Source: an uncultured Candidatus Saccharibacteria bacterium (GTDB lineage: Bacteria > Patescibacteriota > Minisyncoccia > Phycocordibacterales > UBA9973). Taken from it: a stretch of DNA of 64,000 nucleotides. Positions 55,415-64,000 of this stretch are shown piece by piece. The DNA lies in NCBI GenBank assembly GCA_964527235.1, contig CAZGNC010000003.1:47809-111808 (forward strand). The letters run 5' to 3'. The notes under the pieces were generated by a model. The model saw only the letters and a program-made list of their open reading frames with translations, ran no database searches and was not told the origin of the DNA. Both the position numbers and the translations under genes were made by a program. Numbering within the stretch: the stretch's first letter is position 1; each line of letters opens with the position of its first letter.

Positions 55415-57232
55415 ATGAAATTTAAATCATTCAAAATTAAAAATTATAAATCAATAGTTGATACTGGAGAAGTTATTCTTTCAGGTCACGACAACATTAC
55501 TGTTTTTGCCGGCCAAAATGAATCCGGGAAAAGCTCTGTTTTAGAAGCTTTGAATTCATTTGAAACTGGTAAATTTGATGCAGATTCGAAGCCTTTTACT
55601 ACCAAAGGCACACTTGTTCAAAGTGTGAGTTGCACATTTGAAGTTGATGATAATAAATTATTACTTGAGCAACTGACTCAAGGAATGAGAGACGAGTATG
55701 AGCCTGAGATTGGTGAAGACGATCCTATCTTTGATGATAAAAAGATAAAAAATATAAAAGAGTTTACTCTAACTCGCACATATCCAAACTCCACGGGCAA
55801 ATCTCAACTCGATATAACGCCTGATGTTTTTGAAATTGTTAAGGCAGCTATTCTCGATCGAGAAGTTGAAGAAGAGGCAACAAGAGAAGACGGAACCATT
55901 GAAAAAAAGATTGCCAAAGAAAAGATTATAGATATTGGTGATGATAATTCCAACATGGCGTCTATTTTTTGGAATAATGTTGCCCCAAAGATAATACTTT
56001 TTAATGATTTTTGTGACTTGCTTCCTGATAGGATAACTCTTGCTGATCTTAAAGCAAAAAAGACTGATGTAAAAGGATATCAAGCAGTGAAGAATCTCGA
56101 AAAAATACTCAAACTTAATTTTGTTGATCTTTATGAAAAAGATGACCTAGAACGTGAGGCAATAAGAGATGAACATAATAATACGTTCTCAGTAGATTTC
56201 CAGCAAGCATGGGGACAAAAAATTCACAACGATAATAAAATCGAGGTTAAATATGATTTTGAAAAGAGAGATACCGATGATACCTCTTATGTTAACTTTT
56301 ATACCGAAACTAAAGATCGCCAGAAACTAAAACCTCATCAGAGAAGTAAGGGTTTAATCTGGTTTCTTTCATTTTGGATAGAGTTAAATGCTCAAAATTC
56401 AAGTGACCAACAGCTTGTTCTTTTAGCAGATGAACCCGGATTGTATTTACATGTAAAGGCACAAGCAGACATTCTAAAACTCTTTAAGAAATTGTCCGGA
56501 GAGGGGCATCAAATCTTATATACAACACATTCTCCTAATCTCATTGAGTCAGAAAAACTTAATCGAATTAAACTTGTACTTAATGACCCTAAGGAAGGAA
56601 CAATTCTTGAATCAGTTACAACTTCAAAAATTGATTCTCAGAATAAACAAGACGCTCTTCAACCGGTTGCAAATGCGATTGGATTTTCGATTAGCGATTT
56701 TGCTCTCTCAAGTCCTAAAAATGTAATACTTGAGGGCGTATCTGATTATTTTTACTACCTAGGAATGAGAAAAATACTTGGAAGAAAAGAAGGTTATTCC
56801 TTCGTTCCTGGTATTGGAGTAAGGAAGCAAAATACCCTTGTTTCGTTCTGTGTTGGATATGGGATCGACTGGGTAGCTGTATTTGATGATGATTCGACAA
56901 GAGGACAGGATTCTCAAAAAACCTTCACTGATATAAAGGAAAATTTATTTAATGGTGATGATGTTACGGCCAAACTAAAAATGTATACAACGACGGGTAT
57001 CTCAAGTGTTGAGAATATGTTTACTGTTAATGACATGAAATTAGTTGACGATAAGCTTGCAGTAAAAGCGGATTCCGCAAAATCAGTTGGCGATAAACGA
57101 AAAGTTGTATTCGCTAAATCTTTCTATGAAAAAGTTGAGGGCAACCAAATTACTAAGAAGAAATTAGATGCGGCGACCGTGGCTAATTTTAATAAAGTAT
57201 TTGACTGGATTGAAACAAGTTTAAATTTATAA
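55415..57232 (+). CDS. OLD-family ATP-dependent endonuclease (N-terminal ABC/AAA_15-like ATPase + C-terminal Toprim), stand-alone
   Basis: N-terminal FKSFKIKNYKSI, Walker A GQNESGKSS, Walker B LLADEPGLYLH, Toprim VILEGVSDYFYY...GIDWVAVFDDD. Start could be 55391 or 55415. Confidence 0.75.
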   Translation: MKFKSFKIKNYKSIVDTGEVILSGHDNITVFAGQNESGKSSVLEALNSFETGKFDADSKPFTTKGTLVQSVSCTFEVDDNKLLLEQLTQGMRDEYEPEIGEDDPIFDDKKIKNIKEFTLTRTYPNSTGKSQLDITPDVFEIVKAAILDREVEEEATREDGTIEKKIAKEKIIDIGDDNSNMASIFWNNVAPKIILFNDFCDLLPDRITLADLKAKKTDVKGYQAVKNLEKILKLNFVDLYEKDDLEREAIRDEHNNTFSVDFQQAWGQKIHNDNKIEVKYDFEKRDTDDTSYVNFYTETKDRQKLKPHQRSKGLIWFLSFWIELNAQNSSDQQLVLLADEPGLYLHVKAQADILKLFKKLSGEGHQILYTTHSPNLIESEKLNRIKLVLNDPKEGTILESVTTSKIDSQNKQDALQPVANAIGFSISDFALSSPKNVILEGVSDYFYYLGMRKILGRKEGYSFVPGIGVRKQNTLVSFCVGYGIDWVAVFDDDSTRGQDSQKTFTDIKENLFNGDDVTAKLKMYTTTGISSVENMFTVNDMKLVDDKLAVKADSAKSVGDKRKVVFAKSFYEKVEGNQITKKKLDAATVANFNKVFDWIETSLNL

Positions 57233-57419
57233 TTAATTTTCAGATAGAGACTACTTTTTCTTCTATATATCCTTCCTTGCAATTGATATCTCTTGCTCTA
57301 GTACATCCATAAACAAATATATTTGTACGGATCCATCTTTAAGATTTTTATATTTTTCTTCGGCCGTGACTCCTGATCCCCCTTTTCACCTCCCCAAACT
57401 ATTATGATACTATTAAACC

Positions 57420-57896
57420 ATGACCCACAAAAATACAATTTGTCTCTGGTTTGATAAGGACGCCGAAAGTGCAGCGAACTTTTATGCTGCGACTTTTCCT
57501 GATAGTAAAGTAAATAATGTTTTTCGTGCACCTAGTGATTTCCCAGGTGGCAAGAAGGGCGATGCGCTCACGGTATTATTCACAGTCTGTGGTATTCCCT
57601 GCATGGGGCTTAACGGTGGGCCTACATTTAAGCAAAGTGAAGCATTTTCTTTTCAGATAGAAACAGAAGACCAAGAAGAAACAGACCGCTACTGGAACGC
57701 AATAGTTGGCAACGGTGGCCAAGAAAGCGAGTGTGGCTGGTGCAAGGACAAGTGGGGCCTCTCATGGCAGATCACTCCTCGTGCACTAACTGAGGCCCTA
57801 GCCGCTGGCGGAGAAGAATCTAAGCGCGCATTTGACGCAATGATGACGATGAAGAAGATAGACGTCGCTGCTATAGAAGCCGCCCGCCGAGGATAA
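57420..57896 (+). CDS. PhnB-like / VOC-superfamily protein (COG2764-type)
   Basis: ICLWFDKDAESAANFYAATFPDS N-terminal signature; GC-elevated. Confidence 0.6.
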   Translation: MTHKNTICLWFDKDAESAANFYAATFPDSKVNNVFRAPSDFPGGKKGDALTVLFTVCGIPCMGLNGGPTFKQSEAFSFQIETEDQEETDRYWNAIVGNGGQESECGWCKDKWGLSWQITPRALTEALAAGGEESKRAFDAMMTMKKIDVAAIEAARRG

Positions 57897-57912
57897 TTTG
57901 TAATACTTTTCG

Positions 57913-57941
57913 TTGACATTTCGTGTAAAAAATGTTATTAA
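57913..57941 (+). promoter_or_regulatory. sigma70 promoter TTGACA-17-TATTAA for cassette 9
   Basis: TTGACA 57913-57918, TATTAA 57936-57941. Confidence 0.45.
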
Positions 57942-57975
57942 AATAAACAGAATCTAACCCTTGCCGGAGGTTCCC

Positions 57976-58548
57976 GTGCGTGACTCTTTAGCAGTACTCG
58001 CAGGTGTCCTCGGAGTTATGGGGTTCGTTGTTTACATAGCGTCTATGTTTCGGCGCGTGAACCCCACTCGCCCATCGAGGTCGAGCTGGACAACCTGGGC
58101 CATCTTGAACTTAGAGATCCTGGCGGGTATGCTCAAGTCAGGAACAGCGACTTTACAGATGGCAGGAATAACTCTAGGGTCTCTGTTCGCTGCGGTATTT
58201 TCTTTGCTCTACGGCAAGAAATCCGCATGGAGCCCTCTTGAGAAATTCGTCATGCTAGGCTGCGTCCTGGGGCTGTGCTTCATGATTTACAACCCGACAT
58301 GGGGCATCGCCGTTAGTGTACTCGTCGGTCCAGTCTGCGGTTGTGTGCCAGGGCTTGTAGAGGCCTGGAAAAATCCGAACAAGGAGAACAAGCTCTCTTG
58401 GGCAACTTGGGCAACATCATCGCTAATCAGCGTGATACTGTTGCCCAGTTGGAGCATCGAGAATGCAGCACAACCGGTCAGCTTCTTGGCTAACCAAGTG
58501 GCAATGCTGGTCGTGATATTTACCAGCCCGCACCGGAGACAGCAGTAA
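57976..58548 (+). CDS. GC-rich cassette 9: about 190-aa polytopic membrane protein, unknown function
   Basis: GTG start with SD GGAGG (57966-57970) 5 nt upstream. Five or six hydrophobic helices. Followed by a strong terminator. Confidence 0.5.
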   Translation: MRDSLAVLAGVLGVMGFVVYIASMFRRVNPTRPSRSSWTTWAILNLEILAGMLKSGTATLQMAGITLGSLFAAVFSLLYGKKSAWSPLEKFVMLGCVLGLCFMIYNPTWGIAVSVLVGPVCGCVPGLVEAWKNPNKENKLSWATWATSSLISVILLPSWSIENAAQPVSFLANQVAMLVVIFTSPHRRQQ

Positions 58549-58570
58549 CCACATAGCCTGACAAACCACA

Positions 58571-58625
58571 TCGCCTGACAAAAGGGATCGCCAGATGCCT
58601 ACTTGTGTCAGGCGATTTCTTTTTG
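58571..58625 (+). terminator. terminator ATCGCCTGACA...TGTCAGGCGAT + TTCTTTTTG
   Basis: 11-bp stem, T-run. Confidence 0.65.
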
Positions 58626-58702
58626 ACTTCTTTATAATCCAAGCTTTATGCTACTTTTTCTAAAAGTGATATTATTACAAATAAGTAAAAGATGATATTT
58701 AA

Positions 58703-59062
58703 ATGAAATCCTACGAGAACATAAATGAATACATGAAGGATGTGCCGAAAGATTTCCTTCCCAAGCTAAAGGAAATCCGATCTTTAGCAAACAAGCTCAT
58801 ACCTAGGGGCGTAGAGTCTATAAAATACGGCATGCCGACGGTAGAGCTCAACGGTAAGAATTTTATTCACTATGCTTCGATGAAGGGGCACCTGGGTTTC
58901 TACCCAGCACCCTCGGGAGTGAAGGCATATGAGAGTGAGCTACAAAAGAAAGAAATAAGTTTCTCGAAAGGTTGCATCAGGTTCCCATATGACAAACCTC
59001 TGCCTATCCCTCTAATTACAAAAATAATAAAATTCAGACTCAAAGAAGAGTCTGGGAAATAG
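58703..59062 (+). CDS. DUF1801 (YdhG-like) domain protein
   Basis: 119-aa ORF read as the YdhG/DUF1801 family from overall pattern; ...IKYGMPT... is the only conserved-looking stretch picked out. Confidence 0.5.
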   Translation: MKSYENINEYMKDVPKDFLPKLKEIRSLANKLIPRGVESIKYGMPTVELNGKNFIHYASMKGHLGFYPAPSGVKAYESELQKKEISFSKGCIRFPYDKPLPIPLITKIIKFRLKEESGK

Positions 59063-59132
59063 AATAATTATATGGGAAAAATGAGAGAATTAAAAATACC
59101 TCTATAATCAATTATTCTGTTATAATTACCCT

Positions 59133-59522
59133 ATGAACAAAGTCACACATTTTGAATTCCCTTGGGACGACAAAGAGCGAGCGAAAGCTTTTTACCAAAA
59201 CGTTTTTGATTGGAAGCCTTTCGAATGGGAGCAGTTTGGCTATACTAGCTGGCAGACTGGTCCAGTAAATGAAAAGATGCAACCAACTGAGCCAGGTTTC
59301 ATAAATGGTGGCTCTAGTAAGCGCGACCCAAGCATGCCACATCCGATGTTCTATATAGATGTCGATGATATTGATTTAGCGTTAAGTAAAATCAAAGAAA
59401 GCGGTGGCGCAGTTGTAAAAGACAAAACTCCATTGGGAGAAAACGGCTCAATGGGTTTCTTGGCTTGGTTCAAAGATTCTGAGGGTAACATTCTTGGACT
59501 TTCTCAGTATAAAAAATCTTAG
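59133..59522 (+). CDS. glyoxalase/bleomycin-resistance (VOC) family protein
   Basis: 129-aa ORF MNKVTHFEFPWDDKERAKAFYQNVFDWKP... read as a VOC/glyoxalase fold (two beta-alpha-beta-beta-beta modules); no defining motif identified. Confidence 0.55.
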   Translation: MNKVTHFEFPWDDKERAKAFYQNVFDWKPFEWEQFGYTSWQTGPVNEKMQPTEPGFINGGSSKRDPSMPHPMFYIDVDDIDLALSKIKESGGAVVKDKTPLGENGSMGFLAWFKDSEGNILGLSQYKKS

Positions 59523-59538
59523 TAATTAAATTAATCCT

Positions 59539-59835
59539 ATGAAAAAACCATTCTTACATGCACTAGGCGCAGTTTTATACATAGTGGTAATAGTATTCTT
59601 TATCCACACGGCTACGACCAACCTAAGCGACAAGCCAGACACGATATTTGCCCCGATGGCTATGCTTAGTCTGTTCGTGTTATCCGCAGCAGTTATGGGG
59701 TTCCTGTTCCTATCCCAGCCACTCCAGCTCCTCGTCGCTAACCAGAAGAAAGAAGCCCTCACCTTCTTTGGGCAGACTGTAGGGTTCTTCGCAGGCTTTG
59801 TATTACTTTTTGTAATTTTACTCTTCTTATATTAA
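59539..59835 (+). CDS. small membrane protein (3 TM)
   Basis: Three hydrophobic helices in a 98-aa ORF. Confidence 0.4.
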   Translation: MKKPFLHALGAVLYIVVIVFFIHTATTNLSDKPDTIFAPMAMLSLFVLSAAVMGFLFLSQPLQLLVANQKKEALTFFGQTVGFFAGFVLLFVILLFLY

Positions 59836-59847
59836 AATACTGAATAT

Positions 59848-60609
59848 ATGAAAAACAATATAATAATAATTTTAGCGTTGCTTGTTTTATTAGGTGGTTT
59901 TCTTTATTTTACTAAAAACCAAAAAGAGCCTGCTAGTACCACAGCAGTATATTCGAGCCAAGAACTAGGCTTTGAGTTCACTCACAACACAGGACCTAAC
60001 GGCTACGTAGTCTCAGATGCTACCCCTGCCAACAAAGAGGGAGATCTATTGAGTACAGTTGTCCTAATGCAAACAAAAGACAAAGAAAATCTAGACAAGA
60101 ACGGCGCTCCAGTCGGCGGTGAAGGACCTGCGACAATCGCAGTAAATGTTTTCAAAAATACCAAGAACCGACAGCCTAGCGTCTGGGCTATGGAGAATCC
60201 TACTCTTAGTAACTACAACCTCAAACTCACTGAACCCGCAGAAACAGTAGTAGGTGGTGCTAACGCCGTAAGCTACAAGGCAGACGGTCTGTATGCTTCG
60301 AACAACGTCGTGGTAGCACACGGAGGCTACATATACGTCTTTACAGGCATGTACCTAGATGAGAATTCTAATCTCAGCCGAGACTTCCTACCGCTTATAA
60401 ATTCAGTGAAATTTATCCCGACATCATCAGGCGCAGTAAGTGGGAAAATAAATATCGATGAAGTTTGCCAGAACGCTCTAATATATATGTCATTCCCTGA
60501 CAGTAAAGCTGCAGATAAATTCGTCCAGGATTGTAAAGATGGCAAACACCCAGAAGTAATCGAGAAATTCAAAAAAGATATGGGTCTCGGAGATGGCGCA
60601 GCTATCTAA
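59848..60609 (+). CDS. secreted hypothetical protein
   Basis: Signal/TM anchor IIIILALLVLLGGFLYF. Confidence 0.4.
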   Translation: MKNNIIIILALLVLLGGFLYFTKNQKEPASTTAVYSSQELGFEFTHNTGPNGYVVSDATPANKEGDLLSTVVLMQTKDKENLDKNGAPVGGEGPATIAVNVFKNTKNRQPSVWAMENPTLSNYNLKLTEPAETVVGGANAVSYKADGLYASNNVVVAHGGYIYVFTGMYLDENSNLSRDFLPLINSVKFIPTSSGAVSGKINIDEVCQNALIYMSFPDSKAADKFVQDCKDGKHPEVIEKFKKDMGLGDGAAI

Positions 60610-60617
60610 CTGCATCA

Positions 60618-61052
60618 ATGCAAAAAGAAACACACATCAAATGCCGAGGCGTGATAACCCATGAAGGGAAATTGTTGTTGGTTAAGCATCCTCAAGATAC
60701 CAGCTTCGCCACCCTCCCTGGTGGGCATTTAGAGTGGGGTGAAGATTTACGAACTTGTCTAGAAAGAGAATTAGTAGAAGAGCTCGGCATAAAACCCCAG
60801 ATAGGCAGACTGCTGTACATACACAGCTTTGTAGATAAAACTGGCACCAATCATTTCCTAGAATTTTTCTTTGAAGTATTAAACGGCGAAGAATATGCGA
60901 ACTCTAACAATGCCCAAACTTCACATGCACACGAACTCGCAGAAAAGCTCTGGGTGTCGCCCGAAGATGACATCCGAATACTACCAGGAAAATTTGCAAA
61001 CGATTTCAAAGAAGGTGTAATGATTGCAGATACGGTTAGATACATTAGCTAG
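60618..61052 (+). CDS. NUDIX hydrolase
   Basis: Nudix box GGHLEWGEDLRTCLERELVEELGI. Confidence 0.85.
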   Translation: MQKETHIKCRGVITHEGKLLLVKHPQDTSFATLPGGHLEWGEDLRTCLERELVEELGIKPQIGRLLYIHSFVDKTGTNHFLEFFFEVLNGEEYANSNNAQTSHAHELAEKLWVSPEDDIRILPGKFANDFKEGVMIADTVRYIS

Positions 61053-61080
61053 AAAAAATAAATCTAGTATAATAATTTAT

Positions 61081-61818
61081 ATGCGAAAATTTTTAATTCC
61101 GTTTTTTGTTGTTGTATTCATCATTCTTTCTGCCACATTTTGGCTCAATCAAAAAGACCCCACCCCGAAAGTCACCGACCCATCAGCAGTAGCCTGTACT
61201 GAAGAGGCCCTGATGTGCCCTGACGGCTCGTACGTGGCCAGAGAGGGGCTAGACTGCTCTTTCAGAATGTGCCTAGGCGCAGGGCCATTTACAGGCAAGC
61301 TAATTCAGCAAGGCAATGGCTTCTTCCTGGTTATCGGCGCACCAGAAGACACAACCGAAGAAGTCAGCTATTCCCTACCCCTAACTATCAAAGTCTCAAA
61401 CCCTCTAGGTACTCTCGTAGGCAAATATGTATCAGTGCAAGGTAGCTTCATCTCAGGCAACACTTTCGAAGTCACTTCACTAGAAGAAATTCTTGGTAGC
61501 GACAACGGCGGTGAAATTGTAAAAATAAAAATGGGAGAATCTGGTTTCGCTAACGGCGTACGCATCACACTCCGCAAGGTAGATTCAGATAGTAGGTGTC
61601 CTAAAGATGTGAAATGCATAACTGCAGGGCTCGCATCTTTCGAAGTGGTACTCAAGAGCGACACCGATCAAGAAACAGTCACTCTCGCAAGCGACAAACC
61701 CGAGCACCCATTTGATGCATTCAAGGTCTCTATAGTAGACGTCACACCCGCACCCGTATCTACAAAAAAAATCCTCGAGTCTGAATACGAGGTAACTTTC
61801 AAAGTAGAGAATCTCTAA
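61081..61818 (+). CDS. membrane-anchored hypothetical protein
   Basis: Start MRKFLIPFFVVVFIILSATFWL is a TM anchor; the 61024 start overlaps the Nudix gene. Confidence 0.4.
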   Translation: MRKFLIPFFVVVFIILSATFWLNQKDPTPKVTDPSAVACTEEALMCPDGSYVAREGLDCSFRMCLGAGPFTGKLIQQGNGFFLVIGAPEDTTEEVSYSLPLTIKVSNPLGTLVGKYVSVQGSFISGNTFEVTSLEEILGSDNGGEIVKIKMGESGFANGVRITLRKVDSDSRCPKDVKCITAGLASFEVVLKSDTDQETVTLASDKPEHPFDAFKVSIVDVTPAPVSTKKILESEYEVTFKVENL

Positions 61819-61857
61819 AAGTTTCATAAAATATAAAATAGTTATACTATATATAGT

Positions 61858-62976
61858 ATGCGTAAATTCAGTAGAATTCTGTATATTCATGTTATAAAAC
61901 CCATACTTTTTTTATTCCCTGCCGATGATGTGCATGAGATGTTCCTGCGTTTTGGCGGCAAACTGGGTAAACACAAATGGGTCAGAAAATCCCTCCGGAC
62001 TATTTGGAGCTACGAAGATAAAATCCTAGAACAAAATATCCTGGGTATGAATTTCAAAAATCCCATAGGCCTCTCTGCCGGCTTTGACTACAATGCCGAC
62101 TTACCAGAAATACTGCCAAGCATAGGCTTCGGATTCCACACCATCGGCACACTCACCCATGATGCATACGGAGGCAACACTCCACCGATGCTCGCCAGAC
62201 TACCGAAATCAAATTCACTTCTAGTTAACAAAGGTTTCAAGAATAAAGGAGCCGAAGAAGTCCTCTCTCACCTAAAACCGCATACCCATGAGGCAGTCCG
62301 CGGGGTCAGCATCGGCGCTACCAATAAACCCTACCCAGACTTTCATGCCATGATTGCGAACCTAGTAGAGGGCTTTCGCGATGCAGAAAAATTTCACAAC
62401 TTTGATTTCTATGAGCTCAATATCAGTTGCCCCAATTTACAGAACCTACAAAACCTCAAAGAACAGATAGCTTCACCCACAGGACTAAGACAAGCTTTAG
62501 TGCTACTTGCGAAGCTCAATCTAGAACGACCTGTATTTATGAAAATGCCTCTAGAGAGAACTACGGACGAGATGAAAGAATTAATAGAAGTTGCAAGCGA
62601 CTTCCCTTTTATTAAAGGATTGATTTTCTCGAACTTAGCAAAAGATCGCAACAACCCGTCTTTCGACAAAGAAGAAGTGGCTAAAGCTGGCAAGGGTAAC
62701 TTCAGTGGTAAACCCGTAGAAGAAAAATCAAATGAGATTCTGCATTATGCATATCAAAAATACAAAAACAGATTTGTCTTGGTTGGAGTCGGTGGAGTGT
62801 TCACCGCAGAAGACGCTTATAAGAAAATCCAACTCGGCGCATCGTTGATCCAGTTAATAACTGGAATGGTATTCAACGGTCCTTCTCAAATCGGCATCAT
62901 CAACAAAGAATTAGCCGAGCTCCTACGCAAAGATAAATTTACAAACATACAAGACGCAGTAGGTTCGAAGGCTTAA
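61858..62976 (+). CDS. pyrD: dihydroorotate dehydrogenase (quinone), class 2
   Basis: NPIGLSAGFDYNAD, NISCPN and GVGGV motifs; N-terminal membrane-association segment. Confidence 0.8.
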   Translation: MRKFSRILYIHVIKPILFLFPADDVHEMFLRFGGKLGKHKWVRKSLRTIWSYEDKILEQNILGMNFKNPIGLSAGFDYNADLPEILPSIGFGFHTIGTLTHDAYGGNTPPMLARLPKSNSLLVNKGFKNKGAEEVLSHLKPHTHEAVRGVSIGATNKPYPDFHAMIANLVEGFRDAEKFHNFDFYELNISCPNLQNLQNLKEQIASPTGLRQALVLLAKLNLERPVFMKMPLERTTDEMKELIEVASDFPFIKGLIFSNLAKDRNNPSFDKEEVAKAGKGNFSGKPVEEKSNEILHYAYQKYKNRFVLVGVGGVFTAEDAYKKIQLGASLIQLITGMVFNGPSQIGIINKELAELLRKDKFTNIQDAVGSKA

Positions 62977-63009
62977 GCTTTACCAAACATCTGGTATAAT
63001 ACAAACACT

Positions 63010-63564
63010 ATGACAAAAATAATATCTTGGTTAGCTATCGCTGGATTAGTAGTAGTTGGAGGATATTTAGTAATGGAACCTAAGGCAACTGAAGAAAAAA
63101 CTCAAAACGAGTTGCAAGAAGTAGTGGTAGAAGACACCACAAAAGAAGAAGCGCCAACTACCGGTAAGAAAATGGCTTTCTCTCAATTTATCAAACAAGG
63201 TGGCGCATATAAATGCACCGTGAACCAAACCCTAAGTGGCATAGATACCACTGGAGTAACTTATATCAACGACTCTATGATTCGCGGAGAATTCAATACT
63301 AGAATCCAGAATATGAATATTGACTCAACTTTCATCGTGCGCGATGGATACACTTATAGCTGGAGTTCAGTCATGCCTACAGCAGGATTCAAAGTTAAGA
63401 TGACAGGCACAGCCACAACACCTGACACAACCACAGGCACAACTGGTTCTTATAGCTGGAATGCAGAACAAATCGGCGACTATGATTGCCAACCTTGGAC
63501 AGTTGACCAAGCTAAATTCACAGTACCTACTACTGTAACGTTCAAAGAAGTAAGTTCTAACTAA
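63010..63564 (+). CDS. secreted hypothetical protein
   Basis: Signal anchor ISWLAIAGLVVVGGYLV; Thr-rich. Confidence 0.4.
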   Translation: MTKIISWLAIAGLVVVGGYLVMEPKATEEKTQNELQEVVVEDTTKEEAPTTGKKMAFSQFIKQGGAYKCTVNQTLSGIDTTGVTYINDSMIRGEFNTRIQNMNIDSTFIVRDGYTYSWSSVMPTAGFKVKMTGTATTPDTTTGTTGSYSWNAEQIGDYDCQPWTVDQAKFTVPTTVTFKEVSSN

Positions 63565-63999
63565 CTATTTCTTTCTATTTTCTACCGCAGCTTTAATAAA
63601 AGCAGAGAAAAGCGGATGAGGAGAAAGTGGGTGTGCTAAAAATTCAGGATGAAACTGAGTACCCAGGAAAAACGGGTGCTCGCTCTTTGGTAGTTCAGCA
63701 ATCTCCATCAAAACATCGTCAGGAGACCTGCCAGAGAATACTAGCCCAGCATCTTCTAATTGTTTTATGTAATCAGGGTTAACTTCGTATCGATGTCGGT
63801 GACGCTCTAGGATTTCTTTGGCTCCGTAAGCTTCACTGGCGATACTTCCCTTCATAAGCACTGCGATGTACTCACCTAATCGCATACTACCTCCATAATC
63901 TTTATTCTTTATCTTGTCTACCTGGTCTGCCATTGTAATAATTACAGGATATTTAGAATCTGGATTTATTTCTTTTGTATTTGCTTCTTTAAGTCCCAA
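63565..63999 (-). CDS. pyrG: CTP synthase, C-terminal glutamine amidotransferase fragment (gene continues past the window end)
   Basis: GTQFHPEF and C-terminal tail typical of PyrG; the ORF runs to the window edge. Confidence 0.7.
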   Translation of the reverse strand: MGLKEANTKEINPDSKYPVIITMADQVDKIKNKDYGGSMRLGEYIAVLMKGSIASEAYGAKEILERHRHRYEVNPDYIKQLEDAGLVFSGRSPDDVLMEIAELPKSEHPFFLGTQFHPEFLAHPLSPHPLFSAFIKAAVENRKK

Positions 64000-64000
64000 C

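Noticed and set aside
57298-57531. 77-aa minus-strand ORF between the OLD gene and the PhnB-like gene
   Set aside because: Overlaps the start of the plus-strand PhnB-like gene, has no recognisable features and has AT-rich low-complexity composition.

Overview
This 64 kb window looks like a low-GC, compact, gene-dense uncultured bacterium, plausibly Patescibacteria/CPR-like. The evidence is a 16S gene with a divergent 515F region (GTGCCAGCAGGAGCGGTAATAC), small mostly secreted or membrane hypotheticals, and no Shine-Dalgarno upstream of native genes. No CRISPR array or IS/transposase/integrase was seen.

Core content, in window order:
- A peptidoglycan cluster: an ATP-grasp protein, a glucosaminidase-like protein, murC, murD, murE, and a Ddl-like ligase further on.
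- secA, and later secG.
- A stand-alone 16S rRNA gene on the minus strand with a leader/trailer processing stem and its own terminator, with no 23S in the window.
- tRNA-Ala(GGC) on the minus strand and tRNA-Gln(CUG) on the plus strand.
- Housekeeping genes: metK, guaA, zwf-gnd-pgl, pyrD, a pyrG fragment at the window edge, RNase J, HtrA, dsbB with a thioredoxin-like protein, msrA and msrB.
- A 1477-aa repetitive surface protein.

Three things stand out.

1. A tightly coupled three-gene operon (about 27.7-33.6 kb, minus strand) sits exactly between msrB and msrA. It encodes a PD-(D/E)xK-like plus DUF4268-like protein, a 1341-aa T5orf172(GIY-YIG-like)-SF2 helicase-N6-adenine methyltransferase (NPPY) fusion, and a 304-aa protein carrying gamma-class methyltransferase motifs X and I plus a zinc ribbon. 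An AbrB/MazE-like regulator and a poly-C9 tract flank it. I read this as a candidate novel Type ISP-like restriction/defence system.

2. At least nine compact GC-rich (about 55-60 percent) single-gene cassettes are scattered among native genes at about 35-38 percent GC. Each has a near-consensus sigma70 promoter (TTGAC[AT] then 16-17 nt then TAGAAT/TATAAT-like) and a strong Shine-Dalgarno (GGAGG) 5-8 nt from an ATG or GTG start. Each encodes a small protein of 44-190 aa (acidic and disordered, Lys/Arg-rich, or single-TM toxin-like) and ends in a strong GC hairpin terminator. Two loci are tandem duplicates that share terminator sequence. These contrast with point 3.

3. The 16S 3' end reads ...GGAUUAAUUCAAUUUG, which lacks the canonical anti-SD CCUCC, and native genes carry no SD.

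Also present is a stand-alone OLD-family ATPase-Toprim nuclease immediately downstream of tRNA-Gln, with a direct repeat of the tRNA 3' end.
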